Below, in pieces: positions 50,206-61,359 of a stretch of DNA of 64,000 bases. Within the stretch, counting starts at the first letter, position 1, and every line of letters begins with the position of its first letter. The stretch is from Iphione sp. A-MEVVRFRX5 (lineage: Eukaryota): positions 86,490,001-86,554,000 of the forward strand of contig OZ320316.1 of the NCBI GenBank assembly GCA_976226885.1, given 5' to 3'. The position numbers and the translations under genes are program-made. The notes under the pieces were generated by a model. It was not told the origin of the DNA and ran no database searches. It saw only the letters and a list, made by a program, of their open reading frames with translations.

Positions 50206-52113
50206 GTGTGTGTGCCTTGAATGTGCTGTCCATCATTAGACAAGTCATTAAGGGGAGCCACGCCCCGTGTACAGCAGTGATGCTAGTGAGCAAATGGCAT
50301 GCTTCACAAAGGTGCGCAGACCGTCTGACTCACTAAACAGACTCTCAATAGGAAACCTGTAAACATCTTTCGGATAACCTTTTACTACTGCTGGTAGCAA
50401 ATGTTAAGTAAAATGAGATAGCACCTGCTCTACATAGATCTTTAAAATGTCGAATGTCGCTCAGTTCAACGTACAAACGTCATGGTGTTCATGTCCAGGT
50501 ATAGAAACACGGTAATACAAGTGGGAAAAAAACGACTACATTAACCTATCTACATTTATAAGACTGTCCCCCTATTGAATCTAGTGGTGTCCTGTCTTCC
50601 GTATCTAGCTATGCGTCATTAGATATGTAACTTTATGACCGTGGGCAGTATGTACGGATAGTTGAAATAGGGTTTAAATTCGCCTTTGTCCCACGCTTTG
50701 GATTTCAAGTATAACCGTAATAATAGACCTGGGGGAATCAAGTGACTGACAGCCAGTTAATTATTTTATTGTGGTTGATAAACGGTCTGGTTCGCATGCA
50801 GTTTTTAGTAAGAAATGAGAGACAACTGGCAGCCGCGGAATTGTTTGTAGTGTCGCCATGGTCGTGGCCTTGTCTACCCCCGCTTACGTTACCCTTAAAG
50901 GACGAGGGATTGCGCACAATTTCTTAAGACAGCGAATTCGTAGCCAGAAGAATGAATATCAGACGGGCGAGCTACGTTGATTGTATGCAGGTATTGGCGG
51001 TCGATACAATATAGCCTTGAAAAATGACATTTTTCTGATGGCCGGCGTTTAATGCATGGTTACCTTTCTAGCGAAGACAGCCTGCACCCGCCACAGAAAA
51101 ATGGCTGATAGCCAAAGCGTCTGCTTCAACGTTTGACAGGGAATCCAATAACAAGCCAGTGTATTAGGATTCAGGCCCAAGAGTTAATAAGCGAGCAAAA
51201 CGTGCTACAGAGAGGGCCCCGCCGATCACCGGCATGGAAGTGGGAAGGGCAGCAGATGCTGGTGGAAGGCTGACTGCCGAGTGGCGCCCATAAAAAGCGC
51301 GACGCTGTGATGGATTGTAGACAAAATTTGATCATGCCTGGCTGCCAACGCCATCTGTCGGGCCCGGCCCCGACCGGGATGTTGTGTTTCTCCAGTCAGG
51401 TGTGCGAATCCGGAAGCCTGGTCAGTGGCTGATGTGGCATTAAAGTGGCGTCGGCCGAATCTCCGAGCGCGGTGGGCGGCCGTTATTGGCCGATCGATGC
51501 CTCCGTCGGTCGAGCGCCCACTCACACAGGTGCGCCCTTATTGCATTGTGAGCGACGGGCGCGCCGCACGTGCATCCGGAGCCTGAGATCGCATCACAAG
51601 GCTGGGTGTGGCCATCGACAACCTCCGATAACCACGCTCAAATTACTGCATCCTTTCGAAGAAACCTTTTGTCTATCGCTGACGTCGTTTGATCTGCACG
51701 AACAGCACCCGTGTACATGCACATCTATTGTGCCGGTCCAAAAATGATGACAGTTGAGATAATTAGAATGCCAGTTAGTTGTTGTTCAGCGATTGTACAT
51801 AAAAAAAAGCTAACCGATACAACAGAATATGATAGGGGGGATCCATATTCATGTAAAACATATATGAGTTTCACTTTTAACTATTGAATTCACGGTACCG
51901 TTTTTCATCCCTAACATAAATATCATAACATTAATCATTCTTCATGTTACAGCCAAACACAGGTCTTCACATGGTAACAAATGCTTGTGTTGAATATATA
52001 GGAAAACATCAGAAGATTTTTCTATGCGACCTTTTCAGCCTAACGTATCATTGCCTAATTTTAATAGTGTGTTGAATGGCATGTACTGCATGGCCCTCTG
52101 CTTTTACCTGCAG

Positions 52114-52263
52114 CGGTAGGTTGTGCCGATATATCGCCGCCAGCAAATGCCTGGTTTAGCCGCGACGGCGACAAGGCTGTCGTCAAGTGCAACTTCACCG
52201 GGCAGACCTGGCATCTTGTCTGCAAGTCCACCACATGGATCGGGGAAATGACAAACTGCACAG
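52114..52263 (+). CDS. Exon 4: Sushi/CCP-like four-cysteine module
   Basis: Acceptor TTTTACCTGCAG, donor G|GTGAGC, 150 nt, phase 1-1. AVGCADISPPANAWFSRDGDKAVVKCNFTGQTWHLVCKSTTWIGEMTNCT. Confidence 0.9.
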
Positions 52264-52777
52264 GTGAGCGAGCGCTCGTGTCTACACGGTCGCTTTCTGT
52301 ATACTGGATGCATGTATATATCTACCCCCATTCATGCCTTGCCACCATTGCCTTCCTCTTCAAACTACCATCTAGCACCATACTCCGTATCTACTTCTCT
52401 CTTTCACGCTCCTGTAAGTCAGTCGCTCAAAAGTTTGCACTCAGCTATACCCAGAAGCTAATTTACAACAGATTTTAACTACAAAGCTACCGATATTGTC
52501 TGATGCCGTGCACCTAACCAAAGGAAATGCTCACTCTAATGAAAACCTTTTTGAAATGCGCGTATTGTTTTATGATGATCTAATACACAGTAACCTGGCT
52601 ACTGTAAGAAGGCGCACTTCTCGGCTAATTGGCAGCAGGTGGAGTCAGTTTGATTTACATTCATTTGATGAAAGAATACTACCCTGGATCATTAAATTAA
52701 TTCCGTAGTCGAAGACATCACTTGTCTATGAGACCATGAGGACTTCTATTAATGAAATGACAATGCCTTTTTTTCAG

Positions 52778-52831
52778 GATCGTCCTGGGCAAATGGCCAG
52801 CGGGCAGGACGTGGTGTATTTCCACCTTATG
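52778..52831 (+). CDS. Exon 5: juxtamembrane linker (GSSWANGQRAGRGVFPPYG)
   Basis: Acceptor TTTTTTTCAG, donor G|GTAAGT, 54 nt, phase 1-1, open in frame. Confidence 0.85.
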
Positions 52832-55800
52832 GTAAGTACATCGTTATATTTTTTGAGAGCAAGTCTAACCTCTGGCTGATCTAAACCGTTATACTCTTGC
52901 CCTTATATATTTCGTTAGAATCTTATGGGGATTTACGGTCGCATGCACTGATTTGCCAGAACCTAGCATATTGGTCGGGGTTGTCCTTTGCTAACGATAT
53001 TTCTGGTTTAATGAGACAACTGGCCTTGGACTACGCAGGGAGCAGTCCTGATCTTGATTTCCGACATGTCCTTAGTAACATACCCTTTCAGCGTAGACAT
53101 CCGCCTTTCTCCAGAAAGATAGAAATAATCAATATATTGTAGATCACAAAACGAAACGACACGTTTTCCACACCGGATTCAGATCCAAGCAGTATACTCT
53201 TTAATAAGGTAGTAATAGTGACGGGATCAATAATTCCTCCCCTCAATCAAAAGTCACGGAACACTACTAGAAGAATGTAAAGTATCAATATCAGTCACAA
53301 ATAGAATTTTCTTAGTCAATCCAAGACCATATTTTTCAATACATACTTGTTCCTTCACGTTATACGCAAATCGGTTTGAATAACAAATAACTTGACTGAA
53401 CCATCACACGCATTATCTCGTAAACCAGCGGTCACCGGTGAGAACATGCACGTATGTTGTGGCGAAGCCATGTGCCATGTGGTGGCTACATGCTTGTATT
53501 GGGATTTCCTCTTATCCTTAAGCCAGCCACAGTTTACACGTACGTGTACAGTCAGCCCTCATCCACTGATCCCCATTTGAATGGATCCCCTCATCTACCG
53601 GGTGGAATTGAGTAAAGCAATTTCTTTATATGCCATCAACAAGCGGAAGCCCACATCAACTAGACTACATTCTTGGATACCAAAAATTAAGTTGATGAGG
53701 ATTGACTGTGCACATAAGTATGCACATATACAACTTATATTCATGGACAGGGCAATGGCGTGTTTTAAAAAAAACTCTTCAGTAGGATTGATGATATCCC
53801 GTAATACTTCAATATAAATAAAAATATTGTCCAGTCGATAGTATGGTATTCAAAATCAGAATGATAAGACCCAGTTTTATGGTGTGTAATGCCCTGGAAT
53901 ATAAGCATGGCCTTAGTTTTGCATTTCCCTTAATGTTCAGTGATTTTTAGACATACAGGTACATGTACAATAAAAATAAAGAACTACTAAACATATTTCC
54001 ATTGTCATACAGGTTATGTAAACCTGGTTGACATTTAATATGAATGATTAACAATGGAACCAGTAGATTAACGAATAAAGCATATCCTTACAAGTATTAA
54101 ATTGGGAAAATGCTAAGCTAGAGCTAAGATAAAGTATAACTTTAAATGTTTTTGCTTGCTTTTTTGATGGTTGAAACTGCAAGGACAAAACTTACACGTT
54201 ATCATCACGTAGGAATTGAACAAAATGGGTGCAGCTGTTCTGACTTTTGTACTCTGTGAATCAAACTAAACAAAATTCTGTATTAGATAAATTTCCCCAT
54301 GACAACAGTGGACGCACAGACAGATCTATGTACAATACTTGAAATAAGATATTGCGGGATACACAAAGCCAAAGAATGAAAAGGATGACAGGCTGCGACA
54401 TGCTATCATCCATGTGTACGTGTACGCTTACCTGGATGCATGCAGTATTATTTAGATTGAACTCGAAATTCTTTCCTTCCGCTATCATTCAATACCCGTG
54501 GGACATTTTCATGAATACAGTTCAGGATGAAAATCTAAACTTACTGACAGCTTCCGAGTGATTGAAGGACATTTCGAATACTGCGAAAGGGTTTTTTAAT
54601 CAAAATTTGTCCCATCACGATGGTTTTGTAGCAATATGACATTAAAATATTTGTCGGCCATATACAAATCATTTCTCACGTTCAATTTTCTTTCAAATAC
54701 AACTGTTCTTTCGTTAGTACAAGTAAATTATTCTCTGGTTTGACACTACAACTATTTAACACAATTAACTGTACCGTGACAGTGTCCCTGGGTCCAACAT
54801 ATTTGCATGTCTACATATCTTCATTTAAACGTAATGATAGAGAACGTTACTCAATATTGGGTTAATTAAGGTATTTTATTGGAACAATTGCCAGTCGATA
54901 AGTAAATCCTCTCAACTGGCAGCCGTGTAGATTGCGGAAGTTGGCTTTGTGGCCTCTAGTTTATGTGAATAGTGTGTCTCACCTGTTTAGTCGACAGGTC
55001 ATATATTTCCATGCCTACTTCGCAGCTCCACCCCAGCAAACTAAATAGCCCGCAAAGTATCGATCATTGCCATGGGAACCGTGCGTGATATCTATTTGTT
55101 TGTGTTTCACGGGAGGTTCAGGCGGGGTGATCATCGCTATTTTCAACAGGACTGGCGGGGGGTTGGGGTGGGGTGGGGGACGTGGGGATGGGGTCCCGGA
55201 CATTGACGGACGGGCGCGGTGGACGCACGTGCCACGCAGCGATATACAGATCTGGGCGACCGGCCTCCGTGCCTCGGGATCAATGGCAGGCCGTCAGGCA
55301 CATCTCGGCCGCCGGTTATCAGGACCCAACACCATGTAGGCCTCAACATTCCTCTTGGCCGCTCTCCTTACAGGGCATTTAAACCTCTATCGCCTCGTTC
55401 CTTGTTACGTAGTATTTCCCCGTACCTAAATTCGTACAGCATTACCCGCTCCTCACTTTAAAAATAAAGAATTATTCAGTTCCTTTACAAGTACACAGCA
55501 ATTTTCGCTTTCGGACCAAACTAGTGCACTAATGCCCAAGGCCAACATGCTGATGTAAGCCACGAGTGTGTTCTGGTTTGATGGCGGTGTGAGTGGGTCT
55601 CAAAGGGTTCTCACCGCAATTTGAGCGGTTCAGATCAACCACGCCCGTCGATCATATGCTGCTGCACCATGGCTTCTAATCTCAAATGACACCTAATAAT
55701 AAGGCAGGACCTTATCCTTAGTCACGCGTGCTATCATGGGGTCTCGGGTATGACGGCCGGTGTTTTTGTTAGAAGTGTCACCAAGAGCGAGTTCCCTTAT

Positions 55801-56475
55801 CAGCGCCTGCCAATCACACAGTATGCCAACTTTCACCATTGAAATCAGCTTCTGATCAAAATGCATCCTTTCGGTTGTTATCGGGATGACTTCAGAAATA
55901 TCATCCTGGTTTTTTCCCCGTTCAGTGTCACTCACGCCGTTAGAGTCTTTTTTTTGGAGCTGCATTAAGCCCGTTGCGAACAGATTGGCGCATCATAATG
56001 GACTAATCCTAGCTGCTTGGGAGGCGGCGAGGAGAATGGAGGACCAGAACAGCAGACAAAGATCTAGCGACGTCGCTTCGTGACAGTCGCGAAGGTTGTT
56101 AAAGGGTCATGCCACAACCAGACGGTCCCCAATAAGAGCTGGCGCAGACAAGATGTTGCTGGTCTGATTTCGAACAACAATGCCGTCACCGCAGGCTTTC
56201 TCTCTGCTCAATGACAAATGTGCGACTGCCTATTGGTCTCATATTCCTTAATCCCTACTGGGACCTTGTCTCCTACCGCTTGCCCGACTTGTAGACGTGT
56301 GGTTTCTGCAATGAATTACAAGACACATTCTTCGTTTCTAATAAAGAGATGAAACACATCTTGTGTTACTAGCAGAAAGTCTGATATATAATCATTTCCT
56401 ATCAATACATTCACACAGATCTGTAGTGGTTATCTCCTGTTGTTGGTGATGATATAATTTGTTTCTTTGTGGCAG

Positions 56476-56560
56476 GCCTTCTGGTAGCTGTTATTATTGG
56501 CGTCATCCTAGGAGTAGTACTTGGACTCTGCCTGTTGGGAATAGTACTTGGATGTAAAAG
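56476..56560 (+). CDS. Exon 6: transmembrane helix (GLLVAVIIGVILGVVLGLCLLGIVLGCKR)
   Basis: Acceptor TTTCTTTGTGGCAG, donor AG|GTGAGT (phase 2). About 25 hydrophobic residues followed by basic stop-transfer residues. Confidence 0.9.
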
Positions 56561-58800
56561 GTGAGTACTATAATGTCTTTTTTCTATCAAATAGTAGGCC
56601 CTAATTGCGTTATGCAATTTCCAATGCAGCCGTTTCCGTTTTATAGATTGTCAATAAGAGAACACCTCTTCAGACAACCGCTTACGAGAATATTTGACAA
56701 ATATGGGATTTTTTTTCTGAAGCTTCGTGCCTTGTTGTTATGCACGGTTCACAGAGAAGATAAAAATTAGGACAAGTGATACAAATGCAGCAACGTTACC
56801 ATACAATTGCATCGACTGAAAATGTGACTGGCGCTTTACATGACTCATGACTGTATTCGCTATAGCTCCTAAATGAGACAGGACGGTTCGTTCACATCTT
56901 TTTCGATGCAGTTCTCAGGGGGATCAATTTTCGTATCCTGGTATGCAATATCAATCCATGTGTCGCCACCTAGTGGAAAGCCTGGAAATAACCTCGCGGA
57001 TCTTGATATCAGAGTCGCCAGGTTTCAATGATGTGTGCACCAAATCTAATGATACACTCCCCTGAGATTGAATTTTCTTAGCCAATCCAAGACCATATTT
57101 CTCGGCACATCGATATCATTATCAGCTTTAAAAATCACGTCAATATTACTGACTTCTGAAAAGGGCATTGCCCAATTAATCATACCTATAAAGTCAAACG
57201 TAGCTCGAACATCCTTTTATAGAGCAGAAGTATTTTTGCATATGCAGGTACACTTTGGCATTTGCCGGGAAAACACTTGAACTAGTGAAGAATTTGAGGT
57301 ATCATATTCCCACCCTTTAGCTCACACGAATCGAATTGTACTTTGACATTCAACTAGCTGCACGCAGAAGCCTCAGAGTTGAGAGTAATACTAAGCCTTG
57401 TGAAAGGTGTTACCACCCAGTCCTCATCTCTCAAAGGCTCCAATTTCGTTTCAAAAATTGGTGCGGGAAACAAGTAATATTCCCTTAGGAAAACTATGAT
57501 CAGATGTGATGAAAATATATCTGAGGTCGAAGATAGGAACGAGTTGACATAGCAGATATACAGTCATGTTCGTGCATAAAGAAATACTCTCGCTCTTTGA
57601 TGCTCGTCGTGTTTTGGGATCCTAACGAAGACGACGAGCTACCCCACACACTTATGAAGAAAATAACCCTTTCGTAGTCTTCCTTTTAATAGTCGAAGCT
57701 CTCATCTTTAATAGGCAATTTAAATATCAAAAGAGCAAGATAAGTCTTTCATGTGTCTGTTTCCTTTAAGTCTATCCGAGGTGATCTGTCTTGTTAAAAA
57801 TAATTAGTATAACCATGGAACTACATTGTATAAGTGCACACCAAAAATCATTGAAAATGTCCACGCTCTTAAACGGCAAATAAAAAAGAAAAAAATCAGC
57901 CAGAATTACAATAGGAAGTTGATTTTTTTCTCATTCAGGTGTTACATCTACATGAAATAGTCGATTTGTGATGGGAGAATCCTTTTGGATATTGTACATT
58001 TTTTCTATCTTGGGTGTGCATATTTCGAGTCTGGTCTGTACACGCTATTATAGCTGTATATAATATATACATGGGCCCAAACCTACCTGTCCTCCATTTC
58101 CACGGCGTTTCTTGAAATGTGCATCCACTGGCGTTACTTGGGTGGATTTTGTTATTGCCTTAAGCCATTTCCAATGGAAATTTAAAATGTAGCAATGATC
58201 ACCGTATCCACAAAGACAAAATATCATGTAGAATGAAAAATTACTGAAGATACATAACATAACCATACACATATAATACACATGTATATTATTTTGCAAC
58301 AGTAAATACCTAAAAAATCTACCTTGACATCTTCATTAATTCCTGTGAAGAATAGTTGCGGGTTATTCATTTTCTGAATCGTAGAATGTGTAATGGTCAG
58401 CATTTTGAATGTCACTTTGGTGATGTCGGCAGTTCTATGATGTCCTCTCTTGCTTTGGTTTTAAGTTGCTCTTTACAGTAGGTGGGAAAAATTATTGATA
58501 CCATACAACTACATGAACGCACTTTTCACTTTCTGTGAACTTTCAACGGATAATGTCCCGGAGTCCTGTGTGACTATTTTAAATTACCTTACAGAGGGAA
58601 AACCCTGAGGTCATAGAATGTAAAAATTCTTGGTCTAAGGCCAATAAAATAAAACATTCGGCGACCAAGTCATTCACTTTTTACTTTTTTGAAAGAGTGA
58701 ATATTGAAGTAGCATGGTACCACTCGAGATCGTTATGTCTGTAGCTATTGTCTTATGCCACCATTGTCTTCAGAAGGGGATAATGCCATTAATAAATAGG

Positions 58801-58806
<6 letters not shown>

Positions 58807-58846
<40 letters not shown>
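58807..58846 (+). repeat. (GA)20 microsatellite in intron 6
   Basis: Perfect GA dinucleotide run. Confidence 0.98.
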
Positions 58847-58850
<4 letters not shown>

Positions 58851-59848
58851 GAGGAGGAGAGGGGAGGGACAAACAGATATGGGAGATGGAAGAAGAGTTA
58901 GGAATGGTGAGGGTGGGAGACAATTGCCTCAAGCAAGGGTCAGAGGCACGTGTTGGATTTTGAACTGAATCCAAAATTGGCTCGACGCTGAAAGAATTCT
59001 CAAGAGACTCCTGTCTGTTGTGTTTCTATCGCAAACATTGCGTTAAAAATACGTTTGCCTATGCATTACTGATTGCTTTATTTCTTTCAATGAGTATAAT
59101 TCGTGGAGACAAATGGTAGCTTGATAGAGCGGGCATGTGTGTAGAGACTGCGGATGTCAACATGCCCTTGCATTCCCATAAGTGTGAGACATAATGTCTG
59201 CATGCAATAATTTTTCTCCGTTCGCTGAGGGTAGTCGACATTGTTCAGTGACGATGAGCGTAGTTGACTGAGAGTTCGCTAATTATCAGCGTCATATTGA
59301 ACGTGGTACAGTACAATGTAATATAATCTGCATAACGGTGCTCCTGTGGCAGTCTTCCAGTTTTAAAAAAAGTAGCAAACAATACATAAGAATGGGAGTT
59401 TGTTTAATAGGTACAACTTGAATGAAGTACTCTCTAAGCCCTTCAGTAAGAAAATGTGGAATCCAATCATTCCCAACCCGTGGTGAGAATAGGAACAAAA
59501 GAAATAGAGACGTCGCAACCCTCGCTGCTAGAATTGCAGTCGTTAATGAAAACCCAATCGTTTGCTTCCATGCATAGATGCATTCCGTGGGGAATTGTTG
59601 GCTTCCCTTTTAAAGGCTGATAGGCTGAATTCGTGTGATAAATCTTGTAGCTTTGAAATGTAAGTCTCTTTGAAGTTCCTGACCGTATACCTTTACAGCC
59701 TTATTGGTTAAGATAGCTGCTCCGTCTCTGAATAATTAATAAATGTGGGATCTTTCTTGTCTTAAATAAGAAATATGGTGCATAGAAATATAACAATATT
59801 TGAGACTCATCTCAGTTTGCTGACGCCACTCTCTGGTTACAATTGCAG

Positions 59849-60395
59849 GAAGCGAGGGCTTCTGTACAAAGCCAAGCGGGCGCCAGGGCAGCGTGCGGAG
59901 TTCTATGACTCGTACGATCGTGCGACCTTCAAGGAGCAGACTTGCACGCTGCGCCGCGGCGAGCCCGGCTACACGCACGTGTGGGAGCTGCGCTCACAGA
60001 AGCTGCCACAGGAAGTGGACTGCGCGGCTGCTCAGAAGCTGTCCGCCTACCACGACCGCGCCGCGCACGTGCGCACCACGTACCCAAGCCTGCAGCCCCG
60101 CAGGGACCACATTTATGAGAGTCCGAAGTTCGAGCGTAGAACACTTGGCCGCGATCCGCGGAGTGGCGAACCAGTGCGCCGGGAGTACCCTTTCTGTTCG
60201 ACCTTTGACCCCAACGTCGAAAACGCCAGGAACATGACGTTGCGGAGTAACAAATGCGAGGAGCACGACATGACCTCAGATGACACCGAAGACGAGATCG
60301 AGTGTGACATTCACTTCCCAAAGAAGGTGGGCTATCGACCGGTGCCTCACCAGGGCAGAGAAGAGGAGTGTCGTGCTGCCCATCACAACGTCTGA
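59849..60395 (+). CDS. Exon 7: cytoplasmic tyrosine-rich tail
   Basis: Acceptor TTGCAG at 59848 in phase 2 (AG+G = Arg) joins ORF 59775-60395 in frame. GC-rich codons, ending ...CRAAHHNV*. Confidence 0.9.
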
Positions 60396-60901
60396 AGGCC
60401 TGACAGGTTTTAACTACCTGTCACGGCTACCATTAACAAACGTACTTGTACCATCCTTTAGTTTTGTTACTCATATAATGAAATTATTACACGGATGGGG
60501 ACTGATACTATACTATGACAATATCTTCAAAGTGACATAATTATCACTCAGTACAAAGGTATTCCAAAAAAACGTGGATCTGTACGGCTGTTTTACCTTG
60601 AAGTTCAGAAACTTGTGAACGTGAAAGTCAACCGACTTTAAAAGTGAGCTGATTGTTGAATAGCATGTGCGTCCTGGTGGTATGTGAGCTCTTCCTGTCT
60701 AGTTACAGCCTGTATTTAACGGCAGATGAAAGGAACTGTCAAATAGTCCTCGGATGAGTTATCTATATAAAGAATAATTTGCTTATATACGTATATTGTT
60801 CGTTGCCTAGATGTTTGTAATGCCAAAGGAAGTACAATATATCCTAATGCTCTTCAAAGAAGAGATATTTCTAAACAAGTATTATATGCGGCCTTTATGT
60901 A

Positions 60902-60915
60902 AATAAACGAATAAA
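60902..60915 (+). terminator. Candidate polyadenylation signals
   Basis: Two AATAAA hexamers (60902, 60910) followed by a GT/T-rich tract at about 60943-60962, roughly 510 nt after the stop codon. Confidence 0.55.
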
Positions 60916-61181
60916 ATATATGTATCTACTAAAAAATGATAATGTGTCGTATGTTTATGTTAACATCTTAAAATCTTAAACCATCTTAAACCAGTTTAAA
61001 CAGATGATCTACTAAATGTATATTACATGAAGATGATTTTAATACAAGCGTGCTGCAAATATACAATACATGTACCTTTCCTGTTTGTGCGATTATAATC
61101 TTAGTATGAAGCTTTTCCATGAAAGGTGATCATCCTTAGACGTTATTTCCACAGATGTTCTCTCTATAATGCAAAGTATAA

Positions 61182-61359
61182 TACTTGTCCCCTCCAACTA
61201 CGACCACCTCTCTAACCAGACCACCTCCCCAATAAGACCACTTTTAAGAAACAGAAGTACATATGTGTGCAAAAATACCCCTCCATAATAAGACCACTCC
61301 CAATTCAGACCACTTGAGGTCAGAACCAATGGTGGTCCTATTAGCGAGGTGACAATGTA
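61182..61359. mobile_element. Tc1/pogo-type MITE (degenerate)
   Basis: Left end TACTTGTCCCCTCCAACTACGACCACC. Right end GGTGGTCCTATTAGCGAGGTGACAATGTA. These are imperfect TIRs with TA ends and internal AGACCAC repeats. Confidence 0.6.

Larger units (their letters stand above)
29155..60395 (+). other. Seven-coding-exon gene for a SUEL lectin-CUB-Sushi-like single-pass receptor (562 aa)
   Basis: All six introns are GT-AG with compatible phases (1,1,1,1,1,2). The spliced CDS is 1689 nt, open from ATG 29155 to TGA 60393-60395. Confidence 0.88.

Noticed and set aside
55015-56300. Possible APE start (55015-55203 minus) and integrase C-terminal echo (AVGDKVPV, ~56260 minus)
   Set aside because: These are isolated short resemblances with no supporting core domain.
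59775-59848. ORF-track start MVHRNIT... for the tail ORF
   Set aside because: It is intronic. The phase-2 acceptor at 59848 joins the TM exon exactly.
29155-60395. Naming the gene latrophilin/ADGRL or EVA1C
   Set aside because: There is no GAIN/7TM region and only one lectin domain, followed by CUB and Sushi-like modules. No symbol is justified.
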